From Eledone cirrhosa (lineage: Eukaryota), in the NCBI GenBank assembly GCA_964016885.1, contig OZ024762.1, positions 4,898,001 to 4,962,000 on the forward strand: DNA of 64,000 nt. The letters are read 5' to 3'. This document shows positions 38,930-52,745 of the stretch, piece by piece. Both the position numbers and the translations under genes were made by a program. Under the pieces are notes generated by a model. It did no database searches, had not been told where the DNA came from, and was given only the letters and a program-made list of their open reading frames with translations. Position 1 is the stretch's first letter, and each line of letters begins with the position of its first letter.

Positions 38930-40576
38930 TAGAAGAGGTTCTACGGGACTAGAACTCATTCGTGAGAAATCATCAGGAAGCTGGCTGTCCAAGTAAATGG
39001 TAGTATTTATGTCTTTCCTTAACTGCTGGTAGGAGAGGGTGGGGATTGGGATGGGTGTAGGTCATTGGTTGAAGGATTTAAAGAAAAGGGAGTTCATTAA
39101 AAGCTAATTCTTCTAATTCGCTTGACGAACTCGTCTGTACGTCTGATGAGTGTTTTTAGGTAAAGTTTCCTTGAAGGGATGGGGATGTTCTTCATGGAGA
39201 CATCACGGTCGAGTTTGGTCAGCATATAGAAGAGCTTCTACAGGACTCGTGAGAAATCAGGAAGCTGGCTGTCCAAGTAAATGGTAGTATTTATATCTTT
39301 CCTTATCTGGATATATACACACATATATATGGACATATATCTAAATTATAATAAAGGAAGGTCTGCGGGACTGCGTACGGTTTATTTTTTTTATCCCGTT
39401 AGTAAAATAAGTTGGATTACTTTGAATAAATAATTAATGAATATTACATAATTTATCTACTAAATTTCGTAAACAAAAATAATTTCGTAAAAATAAATAA
39501 TTTAAAATTGACTTCTTTTCAAAGTTACACTTCCAGTATATCGTTTACACCACCACCACTTCAACTACCATATATATAGAAAGAGAGAGTGTGTGATGTC
39601 AACACTTCCGGTGGCAATCACTTAAATAAACATACTCATTTTCTCCTAATGCAGTTTATATATAATATCGTCTTTTTTTAATGTATCATGGATTACATTA
39701 CTGATTACATAAGACAGTGTAACAACGTCTTCGTTCAATTTCGTTTATATAGTCAATTACGATTTTATTTGATGTATCATATCTACATGTATATATACTT
39801 GCGTATAATATCAATATACACACTACACATGCTAGCAGAAAACCACCCGAGAGTGGTTTTTCTGCTGGTATATATAAATAAGTATGTTTTGAAACAGCGA
39901 GCGACTTTGAAAGTAGAAATAGCTTTCGCCGTATTTTGACTAAGGATGAGTATTGACATACATGTATGTTAATACTCATCCTTTTCCATTTCTTTGAGGG
40001 TTCTAAACCCCACTATCAGGCTAAAATTTCTTTAGTCAAAATACGGCAGGAGCTCAGCCGTCGATGTCCCGAATTTTTCATATATATATATTTTAGATTG
40101 CTTTACTAGCAATCTACCCCTAGCTAACTTTGTAAAAGCTATTTCATGTGTGTATTCTTTCTTAATATGATTTTCTTTATCATTGATTTCCAATAACGCT
40201 TTTCTTAACCAAAATTGTATTTATTCATATTAAAAATGCGCGGTGAGATAAAGTGTAATTGGCGCCAACTGTGAGGGATGGTCACATTTTACTTCCTCGT
40301 ATTATTTAACAAAGCTGTGAGTTTTCAGCACCGAACTTGTGTTGTATTGTTTGGCATGGTCCCGTAACTCCTGGTGGAGTGGCGCCATATTAACCTGACG
40401 GATCCCATCTCCGCTCCAGGTCTTAATACAGCAGATTTCTTCCAGGGAAGGTTAGAGAAAGTGAGAAAGATATAGAGGAAAAATCGACCACAGTATTAGA
40501 CTGGTACTTTTTTTATTGACCTCGAATGAATGGAGGGCAAAGTTGACCTCGGCGGGATTTGAATTCAGAGAGCAGA

Positions 40577-40685
40577 TTGGATATTTATATTTTTTTGGAT
40601 ATTTATATTTTTTTGGATATTTATATTTATTTGGATATTTATATTTTTTTGGATATTTATATTTATTTGGATATTTATATTTTTT
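40577..40685. repeat. 18-bp tandem repeat (~6 copies)
   Basis: GGATATTTATATTTWTTT units. Confidence 0.85.
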
Positions 40686-40777
40686 CCCCCTCAATTTATG
40701 CCCGTTATTTTATTTCAGCCTCACTTTCATTTATCCTAAACTCTGTTTTCAAATCCATATCCCATTCAATAATAAAC

Positions 40778-40840
40778 TTATTCTGATGAATGAAGACAGA
40801 CATAAGTGTCAAACTCTTCAAGAAACCATTGGTAAATGAA
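40778..40840 (+). ncRNA. Possible degenerate minimal hammerhead ribozyme
   Basis: TTATT-CTGATGA-A-TGAAGA..TCTTCA-A-GAAA-CCATTG-GTA-AATGA. Core present, but first stem II pair is A/A and stem I is short. Confidence 0.45.
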
Positions 40841-41189
40841 TTAATTATCTTATGTTGTTTATTACATAACTATAATACCAATATGCACACTACATATGCT
40901 AGCAGAAAACCGCGCGAATGGCGGTTTTTCTGTTAGTAATAATTGTTTTTACGTTAGGCACAAGGACAGCAATTACCCAGTTCATTACTGGTACTACATT
41001 TTATCGACCCCGTAAGGATGAAAGGCAAAGTTAACCTCGGCAGGATTTGAACTCAGATCGTAAAGGGACGTAATTCTATGCTGCAAAACATGGCGTCCGA
41101 CCCTCTACCGATACTGCCAATCCACCGCCCTGTCAGTAATAATAATAATACAGGTTAAATTCCGTTATAACGAATACCATTATAACGAA

Positions 41190-41812
41190 TTTGGTGGTGG
41201 TGGTGGTAAATGTGGTGACAGTGGTGGTGTTGGTAATAGCGTTGTTGTTGGGGTGGTGATGGTTGTGAAGGTGATGACAGTGGTGGTGTTGGTTGTGAAG
41301 GTGGTGGTAGTAGGGGTGTGGGGTGATGGTGGTGGTGATGGTCGTGTGGGGGGGTTGTAGTGGGAGTTGGGGGTGACGGTGGTGGTGTTGGTTGTGAAGG
41401 TGGTGGTAGTAGGAGTGTGGGGTGATGATGGTGGTGATGGTCGTGTGTGTGTGTGGGGGGGGGGGTGATGGTTGTAGTGGGAGTTGGGGGGGTGAAGGTG
41501 GTGGTAGTCGGGGGTGGTGGTTGTGGTGGTGAAGGTGATGACAGTGGAGGTGTTGGTTGTAAAGGTGGTGGTAGTAGGAGTGGGGGGGGGGGTGATGGTT
41601 GTGAATGTGGTTGTAGTGGGAGTGGGGGGTGACGGTGGTGGTGTTGGTAATAGCGTTGTTGTTGGAGTTGGTGGTGGTAGTGGCGGCTGTGTTAGTGGTC
41701 GTGGTGGAGGTGGCGGCGGCTGTGCTCGTGGTTGTGGTGGAGGTGGCGGCGGCTGTGCTCGTGGTCGTGGTGGAGGTGGCGGCGGCTGTGCTCGTGGTTG
41801 TGGTCGTGGCGG
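41190..41812. repeat. GGT/GGC-rich low-complexity tract upstream of exon C
   Basis: Direct reading; source of the Pro/Thr and Gly-rich ORFs. Confidence 0.85.
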
Positions 41813-42147
41813 CAAAATGTATACTGTGTTACCTGCGTGTTTTTCTGGTGGGCGGTCTAGACGGAGGAAGTTGGTGGTTGAGAGAGTAGTTAGAGAACGA
41901 GGAAGAGAGACACAGACACAGATGGAGAGGGTGATTGCATCATAAACGGAGTTACTTCCCTTGCAGCGAGGTTTAGTTATTAATTCTATCGTTTTCTCAG
42001 CACAGCGTGTTGTGGTGCGTAACAAGCGTGCGGAGAAAAAATAGAAACCGAAGCTAGCTCGTTGATTATTTAATTAGAGAGAGACTAAATAATCACTTAA
42101 CCAAAAACCAGAAAAAAACATCATTTTCAATACACACAGTAAAGAAA

Positions 42148-42592
42148 ATGGTGTTTCGTAAAGAATTTGATAACGATATTGATAACAAAGAATATTTCGA
42201 TGCGTTGAAAAAAGATAATAGCAATGAAGAAGAAGAAGAAGAAGAAATTGAAGGAAAACTTGATTATACACTTTTGGTTATAACATTACTGGCTCAACTT
42301 GGTGTAATGTCTATCGGATATGATTTAGGTATAAATTCTGGAGCTGTGCTTTTGGTGATGAAATCGGATTATATGACTTTAAGTTCACTTTGGCAACAAT
42401 TGATTATCGCTGGTGCTTTGCCTTCGGCCATCGTTATTTCACTGTTTGCATCGCAACTGAGTGATATTATAGGACGAAAACGAACTGTGATGACGGCCTC
42501 TGTCAGTTATTTATTAGGGGCAATTATTTCTGCATCGTCTGTGAATCGAACCATGCTTTTAGTCGGTCGACTTCTCATCGGATGTGGACACG
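42148..42592 (+). CDS. SLC2A13: First coding exon C of an SLC2A13/HMIT-like transporter (148 codons + 1 nt, phase-1 donor)
   Basis: ATG at 42148, short acidic N-tail (EEEEEEEIE), motifs GYDLGINSGAVLL, WQQLIIAG, DIIGRKR, GRLLIGCGHG. Donor G|GTGAGA follows 42592. More diverged than A versus B. Confidence 0.88.
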
Positions 42593-42963
42593 GTGAGATG
42601 CTTGTTTTTTTTCTCTTTTAACTTAAATTGGCTCTATTTTCACTCCTGCCGTCCCCTCTTACTTCTCTCTCTACCTATCTGTCATCTCTCTATCCTCCTC
42701 TCGTACCATCTGTCTATCTACCCATTTATGTAGCTATCTGTCTGCTTACCTCTCTCTATATATATTTATGTATTCTACAGCTAAATAGTGAGTCTTGTTA
42801 CTCAGTAGTTTCGCCGCGTCAACCACATTCGGATATCTATATATATAACGAAGGAAATGTGGTAAGGAACCAGGTGGACCATAACGCACCAAAGTACTCA
42901 ATACTTAGGGTAGTAGAGTGGGTAATAGGAACGAGTAGGACCCCAAGGGGTCCTACTCGTTCC

Positions 42964-42994
<31 letters not shown>

Positions 42995-44763
42995 TGTGTG
43001 TCTATATATATATCTATCTTTCCATCTATCAACCTACCTCTCTCCTCATACTGCTTTCACATTAAATCTGAAGACTTACCTTTTCAGGGAATTCCCCTTG
43101 TGAACCGCCTTCAAAATCTTAGAGTTATATGTTTAATTGAATGCACGATTTAAAGCGGCTATGAATGTTCTTTCGCTTTCATAGATATATTATCGCTATC
43201 GACAGAATCGGTAGAGCATCGGACAAAATGTTTTGCGGTATTTAGTTATGACTTTCTACGTTCAAATCCCACAGAGATCAATTTTGCCATTCATCCTTCC
43301 GGGGGTCGTTACAATAAAGTTCCAGTTAAGTACTAGGGTCAATATAATGGACTCCCCTCTCTCTCTCTCTCTCTACCCCACAAATTGGCCTTGAGCTAAT
43401 GTTAGAGTTAATTATTATTATCGCTATAAGTATGTGTACTCGGGTGGAGGAAAGCAGGGGGGTGGGTGAATTAAGTGCAAGAATTGCAGGAGCTGGTGCA
43501 GTAATGCGCCAGCTTCAGCGGTCAGTAATCGGAAGAAGATAGGTGTAAAAGCCAAACTCGCTATCTTCAATTTGATGTGTGACTATGACACTTACTTCGT
43601 AGTGACTATGTCACTTACTTCTTTTCAGCGAAAGTAGGGAGAGAAGCTAACAATCTGTTTCATGCTGGTTGGCGACCATCAGAGCCACGCACCCTCTGTT
43701 TCCACCGAAAATTATAGAAGCTGGATTCCTATAGAATTCCAGTAATAATCAGGAGCTGATTATACAGAGCGATTGCTGGTCCAGCAAAAATTAGTATATA
43801 TATATATATATATATATCATGTATGTAGCTATATACATCAATGTTTGATGTGATGCGGGCCATCAGACAACTACTACTACCACCGCTACTATCAGTTGCT
43901 ACGTTATATGGGAATCGCTGACAATGACTCGAAATAACATGGAAATATCTCGTCGGATCTTACGTGTGTTATACATATTTTTCTCCCCAAACTACCAAAA
44001 CACACATCTATTTGTATATACGCTACAATTTATGTAGCGTATATGTGTTTATCACATATCGAAGTTGTTTTCATATCTTGGTTGACATTTAATAACAGCT
44101 AAACTAATTACTACAACTTAATTGACCAAATTTTCCCCCTACCTCCATTCAGAAATGCTTCTATCGCTCCTGATATATGCACACATACATATGTGTGTAC
44201 CTTTTGGATCTCCGTCGGGTCCGACGATGATTGATCCTGCTGTTTGATCGATCCAACAGCCTACTTGTGGAAATTAACATGCAACTGGTTGAGCAACCTA
44301 TAGCCACGTGTATATAATACATACACACGCGTACATACATATATATCCATTACGTCCAAAGTCGTATATTTGCGTAGTTAAAAATGAAACTAGCGATGTT
44401 GGAGGGAAGATTTAATATCAAATATATACATGGTTTGCTTTAATTACCGAAATTTATGTGTAGTTTTAGCGAATAATTATAAGTTAATTATATGATGTTG
44501 TTGGCTTTTTTTTCCTTTTTCTTTACCCACGTGCATGTTTTTACATAAACGTGAAGTGTTAAATATGCAAGGATGTAAATGTAGAGACTAGCGATCTTAT
44601 TGCTAAAGAAATTTCTACCCAAATACATGTGTATACATTATATATATATAATATATATATATGTGTGTATATATATGTATCCAACTTGGTCCTTACGATT
44701 CGAACACACGTATGTTTATATTAGTGTTCATCTCTCTTGTTTAATCAATTATATATATATATG

Positions 44764-44813
<50 letters not shown>

Positions 44814-44994
44814 ATTATTATGTAATAAACAACATAAGGCAATTATTCCATTTACCAGTTGTTTCTTAAAAGCAAAAGGTTTTGCTTTCAATCCTCAGAA
44901 TGAAAAATCCTGCACATATATATATATATAATAATTCAAAATATTAACAAAATAGATATTCATGTGATCAAGTATATTCTTGTGATCAAGTATA

Positions 44995-45073
<79 letters not shown>

Positions 45074-45087
45074 ATATATATGTATAA

Positions 45088-45330
45088 TCAGACGACGACA
45101 TGTGATGTTTGTGAAAGTGTATGCAGGTCGAGTAGTGATCTCACACGACACCTTGTCGTCACATGGTACCATGGGCCCAGCAATAATTGTCACAAGTGTG
45201 GTGTTTGTACTAGAGTTTTCAAGTCGCTGACTGGACTAAAAAGTCACACTCGTTCAGCGCATCGGTAAGGGTTCTCCTACATGGATATACAGTAGTGGCC
45301 GTACTCGAAAACGAGTTGGCAGCCACCATA
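45088..45330 (+). mobile_element. RTE-type LINE C-terminus with two C2H2-like fingers and short 3'UTR
   Basis: CDVC..LTRH and CGVCTRVFKSLTGLKSHTR then stop, short UTR, flanked by (TA)n. Confidence 0.55.
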
Positions 45331-45344
45331 TGTATATATACATA

Positions 45345-45423
45345 TATAGGGTGTCCCAAAAATATATACATACTTCAAATGTATTCTAATAAAAGTGTGT
45401 ATACATATTTTGGGGACACTATA
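45345..45423. mobile_element. Tc1/mariner-type MITE (TIR GGGTGTCCCAAAA, TA flanks); related copy ~61775-61866
   Basis: TAGGGTGTCCCAAAA..TTTTGGGGACACTA. Confidence 0.55.
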
Positions 45424-45427
45424 TATA

Positions 45428-45600
45428 TATATTGTTATACTTTGGGAGGGTCATGTTGCCAATAAGAAACACACGCACCAGTTGCTTTCACTTCAATTTA
45501 TTATAATAAATTTATAAACTTATTATAATAAATTGAAGTGAACGCAACTGGTGCGTGTGTTTCTTATTGGCAACATGACCCTCCCAAAGTATAACAATAT
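45428..45600. repeat. Palindrome with ~80-bp arms
   Basis: ATTGTTATACTTTGGGAGGGTCATG..CATGACCCTCCCAAAGTATAACAAT. Confidence 0.9.
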
Positions 45601-45734
45601 CGGTTTCAACACACGATTTCAGATAAAGAATCTTGCTAAACAAATTCAGAAACGAAATACATACATACATACATACATACATACATACATACATACATAC
45701 ATGCATGCATGCATGCATGCATGCATGCATGCAT

Positions 45735-45785
<51 letters not shown>

Positions 45786-45984
45786 CTCACTCACTCATTA
45801 ATACATTATAGTTTGACATACGCCCTCATAAATACATCATCGGTAGTATAGTGATTAAGTACCTCCGCCTGTTATCCTGGAGATCGAGGTTCGATTACCC
45901 TCGGCGAGTTTATATATATATTTGGCACTACCATGCTATTAGCTGTGAGAAGTGAAAGTTTCGTCAACCTTCTCAATCGTAAAC

Positions 45985-46059
<75 letters not shown>

Positions 46060-46195
46060 AGTCTGCTATGCTGGGGCCGAGGAGACCACACATCCTAGGA
46101 GTACTCAGCGATGGGGAGATGCAAAGAAACACAAACCGAAACCGCTGGCTTTTCATTTATTCGATAAAAAAAAGTACCAGTCCAGTACTGGGGTC

Positions 46196-46242
<47 letters not shown>

Positions 46243-46494
46243 AAGAGACATACTGTACTGTATGTCACCACGGCAGCCCAACCATTCCGTCAGAAATTAC
46301 AGGCTCATATGACTACATTAATCTCAGAAGAATGTCGCATCCTGATGACTCACATCTAACAGATGAAAACACTGAAGCAACTGGTGTAATGAATCAGACT
46401 TCACTATCAGTCGTTCGAGAAAGAACCAGTGTTTTCCTCTTCTTTCCTACTAACCACAAACTCTGTTTTAACCCTAGCCCTTGACCATGTACTT

Positions 46495-47325
46495 AATAAT
46501 TGTTTCTACTTTTGGCACAAGGCCAGCAATCATCTAGTGTATTACTGGTACTTTATTTTATCGACCCCGTAAGGATGAACGGCAAAGTTAACCTCGGCGG
46601 GATTTGAACTCAGTTCGTAAAGGGACGTAACTGTGTTGCAAAGCATGGCGTCCGACCCTCTACCGATACTGCCAATCCACCACGTACTTAATAATTGTTT
46701 CTACATTTGGCACAAGGCCAGTAATTATCCCATTGCATTACTGGTACTTTTATTTTATCGACCCCATAAGGATGAAAGGCAAAGTTAACCTCGGCGGGAT
46801 TTGAACTCAGAATGGCAAGGGCCGTAACTCTATGTGTCAAAGCATGGCGTCCGACCCTCTACCGATACTATCTGATTTAGACACAAGGCGAATAATTTTA
46901 GGTGGAAGGGAAAGTCGATTATATCTACCCAGTGCATTACTGGTACTTTATTTTATCGAGCATAAGTGAGTCTATTTGCTGGCAAACGAATCGAATATTA
47001 TTATTATTAGGCGGTAGATTGGTCGCGACATAGTTACGGCCCTTTACGCGTTGAGTTCAAATCCCGCTGAGGTTAGCTTTGCCTTTCATCCTTACGAAGT
47101 AGATAAAATAAAGTACCAGTATTGGGATCGATATAATCGACTTTCCCCTTCCTCCCTAAAACTGTTGGCTTTGTGTCCTAAATCGGAAACCATTAGTAAG
47201 CACGCGGTTTAGGTTATTGACCCCGTAAGGATGAAAGGCTATGTTAAACTCAGAATGTAAAGGGCCGTAACTCTATGTCGCAAAGCATGCTGTCCGACGC
47301 TCTACCGAATCTGCTAATCTACCAC
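46495..47325. mobile_element. SINE cluster
   Basis: Five copies or fragments of the tRNA-SINE on both strands. Confidence 0.8.
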
Positions 47326-47488
47326 ACGTGTTCAATATACTACATATCACGTACGCAATAATAGTTGAGATAAACGGAGCAGATCGATTTTTTTTATAAA
47401 AAGTAGCGCAAAAGTTTCAAAGATTTACTAGAGTAAGTTATTGATCTATTCACATAAAAATACAAGTAATATGAAGAATTATGTGTGC

Positions 47489-47569
<81 letters not shown>

Positions 47570-47697
47570 GGTTATATTTCATTTGTTGGGATTCAACAAG
47601 CTTAAACATTTTTATAACTGATATAAAGCACTCAACAATTAGTGGAGTAAATATTCAATATATTAATAAATGGAAACTATATTTATAAAACCATAAT

Positions 47698-47763
47698 TAT
47701 TTTATTATATATATTTAAAGGGCAACCAAGGCAAATTTTGGTGCGCTTTCATCAGATAAAATA
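47698..47763 (-). ncRNA. Inverted copy of the 47863 hammerhead with a core mutation (GAAA to TAAA), likely inactive
   Basis: Reverse complement of 47863-47928 except A at 47717 instead of C. Confidence 0.6.
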
Positions 47764-47862
47764 CAGATTTGTTTTATAAATATTGACATACCCACATAAA
47801 GACAACCTTAACGGTTGAGGTTGTCTTTATGCGGGTATGTCAATATTTATAAAACAAATTTG

Positions 47863-47928
47863 TATTTTATCTGATGAAAGCGCACCAAAATTTGCCTTGG
47901 TTGCCCTTGAAATATATATAATAAAATA
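47863..47928 (+). ncRNA. Minimal type-I hammerhead ribozyme (Penelope-like element/retrozyme type)
   Basis: Stem I TATTTTAT/ATAAAATA; core CTGATGA (47871-47877); imperfect stem II AAGCGCACCAA/TTGGTTGCCCTT; GAAA (47909-47912); short palindromic stem III TATATA; AUA cleavage triplet ending 47920. Confidence 0.75.
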
Positions 47929-47966
47929 ATTATGGTTTTATAAATATAGTTTCCATTTATTAATAA

Positions 47967-48010
<44 letters not shown>

Positions 48011-48253
48011 CGTGTGTGTGTATATATACTAATTATATATATGTGTATATATACTAATTATATATATACTAATTATATATATGTGTATATATACTAATTA
48101 TATATATGTATATTTTTGTCAATTTTATGTGTTTATTTTCAATATAGAAATGATAAAAAAAAAGGGGGGGGGGAGAAAGAATAGGGAAATATAGAAGAAA
48201 AAAAATAGGGGAGAAAGAAAGACGAAAACGATCGGGAAGGTGATGGTGATGGT

Positions 48254-50097
48254 ATTTTATCGACCCCGTAGGGGTGAAAGACAAAGCTGACCTCGGCGGG
48301 ATTTGAACTCAGACCTTAAAAGGTTGAAACTCCTTGCTGAAAAGCATGGTGTCTGACACTGTTACCGGCAAAATAGCCTGGGGATCCATTTTCCGGGGAC
48401 CGGTAAAATAGCCTCTTCCTAAATTGTTTCTTTGGTAATTACACGTCTCTCGTTGCAGGGGCAATGTAGGTTTTTTCTATGGGTGTTTTTAATGAATCGT
48501 CCCTTTCTTTTGTTTTCTTTTTCTTCTTCGCGCACTTATTCCTGAGAATGGGTTGAGTCTATATGGGAGTGGGGTCAGAGTCCTCAAACATTCCTTCCAG
48601 CAGGTCCTGTCAGAAGCAACCATTTCCAATTGATCCGGCTGAATCCCCCGAGTGAAACCAACGAAGCTCATGGATGTTATCCTACCATCTTGCTCGTGGT
48701 CTACTCCTGGGTCTCCCGTCGATTGATTTTGCCCGGAAAATATTTCCAGCGATTATTTTCATTTAAATGAATCTGACCTTCAAAATTGTCGGAAATCATT
48801 TGTTTATTTTTTGGGGGGGGGGTTTTCTCCTTCCGTAGGACATGCTTTGCGGCATCAGTTACGGCCCTTTATGTTCTGAGTTCAAATCCCACCGATGTTA
48901 GTTTTGACTTTCATCATTGGGGGTCAATAAAATAAAGTGCTAGTAACTGGGGTCGATTTAATTGACTTTCCCTTCCCCAAAAATTGTTGACCTTGACTTA
49001 AATTAGAAATCATTACTATAGAAAAAAATATTGTCCTTATTAATTGGTGCATTAGCAAAATTAATAGAGCAGCAAATAAAATGTGGTTTTCGTATTTTTA
49101 AATTCTGAGTTTAAATCGCTGGACAGATTTTACGGGCAAAACCAATCAACAGGAGACCAGACCTGCCAGCCTCTAAAAGCTCAAACAAGAAGTACCATTA
49201 GGAAAAATACCACAAAATGGGGAGATTTTACATAATGAAAGCTATACCCATTTTTCACAAGAAAAAACATCTCTTGTCTATCCCAAAGTGGGTGAGAGAT
49301 CTCCCCGTCGGACCTAGAGGTAGACCCCGAACAAGATGGTTGGATCTCGGCTAGTCTCACTTGGGGATCCAGCCGAATCAATTAGAAATGGTTGCTTCTG
49401 ACAAGACTCACTAGAAGGACTGTTTAAGGACTCTGGCCCCACGACCTTCTCAGAAATAAGTGGTGCAAGAAAATAATTTTAAATCCTGCTGAGGTCACCT
49501 TTGATTTTTATATAAAGTAGTAGTGATGTACTGCAGTTTATTTAATCAACCTTTCCCGCCTAATACACTGTCCTTGAACCTTATGTATAAATTATATTAC
49601 TGCATGTATATATGTATGTACGTAGGTGTATATATATATATGCATGCATATATGTATGTGTGAATATATATATGTGTTCTGTATAAAAACATTTATTCTT
49701 AAAAACCACCACTCCCTTATTTCCCGCCATAACCAACATACACTGTTGTTGTTGGGTTTCTTATCCTAACTACTTGTAACACAGCTACAATTGTACTTTT
49801 ACTTCCGTCTTACTACACCACCACCACCACTATTACTACTACTACCACTACTACAACATAGCCTGTTCACTTGCGTTAATATCTAGACACGCGACATCAT
49901 GTGACTTTAGTGGTTCAAGTGTCTTAGTCGTGTTAAGCAACTGAGAGTACAAGACTGTCTCCTGGAAAGGACGCCACTCTATTGCAGGGCTAACCCTTTA
50001 GCATTTAAACCGGCTATATCTGACCAGTAATCTCTCAACTCTTGCTCAAGGACACAGCACACAACCCAGTCCAGGAATCGAACCCACGACATTATGA
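48254..50097 (+). repeat. Direct segmental duplicate, copy 2
   Basis: Matches 36450-38289 with few substitutions and small indels. Confidence 0.92.
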
Positions 50098-50404
50098 CAC
50101 ACAAAATCGATTTTTTGACCCCAATTTTTTTCAAATTTGTTTTGGTCCAAAATCTGCTCAGCATATAAGCAACATGTGGGCCAAATTTGGTTGAAATCGG
50201 CCCAGTACTTCAAAAGTTAAAAGGACCCTAATATTTGTTCCAGCTCTTTACATTCTGAGTTCAAATTCAACCAAGATCAACTTTGCTTTTCATCCTTCCG
50301 AGGTCAATGTCCTGAATTACACAGTCCCCAATTATATTACCGCTATCATTTATAGACCTGAACAGAGGTTCCTATCAGAGATCAATGCCCTGAATCAATA
50401 AGTC

Positions 50405-51058
50405 CTCCAAGTGTATTACTGCTATCATCCATAGACATAGGCAAATGAACTCCTCTGAGGCCTATGCCAGGATCACCAAATTGACCCAAGTATATTACTG
50501 CTATCATCTATAGACATAGGCAAATGAACTCCTCTGAGGCCTATGCCAGGATCACCAAATTGACCCAAGTATATTACTGCTATCATCCATAGACATAGGC
50601 AAATGAACTCCTCTGAGGCCTATGCCAGGATCACCAAATTGACCCAAGTATATTACTGCTATCATCTATAGACATAGGCAAATGAACTCCTCTGAGGCCT
50701 ATGCCAGGATCACCAAATTGACCCAAGTATATTACTGCTATCATCTATAGACATAGGCAAATAAACTCCTCTGAGGCCTATGCCAGGATCACCAAATTGA
50801 CCCAAGTATATTACTGCTATCATCTATAGACATAGGCAAATGAACTCCTCTGAGGCCTATGCCAGGATCACCAAATTGACCCAAGTATATTACTGCTATC
50901 ATCTATAGACATAGGCAAATGAACTCCTCTGAGGCCTATGCCAGGATCACCAAATTGACCCAAGTATATTACTGCTATCAATTATAGACATAGGCAAATG
51001 AACTCCTGTAAGGTTTATGCTGGGATCAACAAATTGACCCAAGTATATTACTGCTATC
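50405..51058. repeat. 79-bp minisatellite, ~8 copies
   Basis: TATATTACTGCTATC at 50491 and 50570; internal CATAGGC/GCCTATG stem. Confidence 0.92.
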
Positions 51059-51879
51059 GACATACATAGGCCTGGTTGCCATAGATGTTAGTTATTAATC
51101 CTCTAGCATTTAAACCGGCCATATATGGCCAGAATTCTCTCACCTCTTTCTGTTCAAAGCAGCTGTTCATCCAGCATTAAGGTATTTTTCTCAAAATAAA
51201 TAATATCAAAATCTCATAGATTCAATATTATGTGAGATAAAGTCTTTACCACAAAAATACAATAGTAAATATAGAGTAATGTACATGCTGATGGGTTAAA
51301 CTGTTGTGAGGTTTCAATGAAATAGACTGACCCCTAGGAAAGTATCAACATGTCATAAATTACTATATTAAAGTTCTATTGTGTTAACCAGATTCTGACA
51401 ACGCAAACAACATAAAAGACAATTTGACCCGAGTGGAATTTAGACTAAAAACATAGAAGGCCAAAGTTAGATATGGGAATCAGCTGACAGGTTCATAGGC
51501 TGACCAAGATACTCTCATGGAATGACCAAATAAGTCCCTAGAAAAAAAAACAATGTAGTTATTTCAAAGAAGAGTTGAAATTAATGCATGCAAAATATCA
51601 CAGTTCTCGCATCACTCTTTCATAGTCTGCTTATGAACTTTTCAGCCTACCCCCATAGAATAAAGTTCAGAGGTCATTGGAAAACCACATTCCTGAGATT
51701 CTTAGCTAAGTTTTTCTGTCTTTGGGAAAGTATGAAAAGTATTTATAATTTCCTTGATTCCAACCCCATCACCACCCCTCCATATAAAACTTACAAACAT
51801 CATTAAATAATTATTGCTGCCAACACAGTCAAACTGCCATTAGTTTCTCTGGATCCTGTTTTAATATATATACATGCAC

Positions 51880-51914
<35 letters not shown>

Positions 51915-52209
51915 AGCTGAAGTACCCGGCATTGCCCAACAATGAAAGTGGTCCTTGTATATAAGAAAGCAAAACATGTAATATAGAAATTAGTTATTCT
52001 AAATTCCATTTATTCTTCAATTGATGGGAGATTCTGCATGTCTTATGCTTAAATGTAATTCTCAGGGAGACTCAGCATGTGTACGCTTGATCCTGTCTCT
52101 ATTTTTGTACTCCTGTAGAAGAGCTAAAGCCCAACACGTCAAACTTTCTTTCCCCTTTTCCAAATAAAGCGTGAAACTAATAAAACTTTTTGTACCTCTG
52201 TTGTTTCTT

Positions 52210-52745
52210 TGAACTATATATGATCTCCGAGCTATTCACTTTATCAAGTAACATTACTCCAAGGACCCTTCGGAGGAACCCTATTTTGTCCACTTGTATT
52301 TGCAATCGTATTCTTTTGGTTATTACCCAAGATTCAAGACCATAGGTAAGGGTTGACATGAATATCGAATTGAAGATAGCAAGTTTGGCGTTTGCACCTA
52401 CCTCCCTTCTTCTGAATGCTGAAGCCACCGCGTTACTGTACCAGCACCTGCAATTCTTGCACTTAATTCAGTTTTATACCTTCCACCACTTGTGAACAGG
52501 GCCCCAAGATATTTGAACTTCTCCACCTGCTTCAGTGGAACTCCATTCACATGTAGAGTGCACTGTGCAGGCTTCCTTGAGAGGACGAGTGTCTCAGTTT
52601 TCACAGCACTGATTTTCATTCCAGCCATGCAGCACTCAGCATTAAACCTATCAATTGCAATTTGGAAATCCTCTTGTTGAGTCAAGTAACACCATGTGGT
52701 CTGCAAATTCCAACCGACTGATTTTACACCCACCAGTTATGATAC
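52210..52745 (-). mobile_element. RTE-clade (Rex3/Expander-like) LINE RT fragment
   Basis: RLEFADHMVLL, GMKISAVKTE, QVEKFKYLG, TLTYGLESWV. Confidence 0.8.

Larger units (their letters stand above)
47657..47970. repeat. Near-perfect ~310-bp palindrome carrying the hammerhead pair
   Basis: Centre ~47813 (CCTTAACGGTTGAGG), few arm mismatches, abuts (TA)n. Confidence 0.92.

Noticed and set aside
44996-45268. Host C2H2 zinc-finger gene exon
   Set aside because: No TGEKP linkers, first finger defective, flanked by (TA)n and followed by a LINE-like 3'UTR; better explained as an RTE C-terminus.
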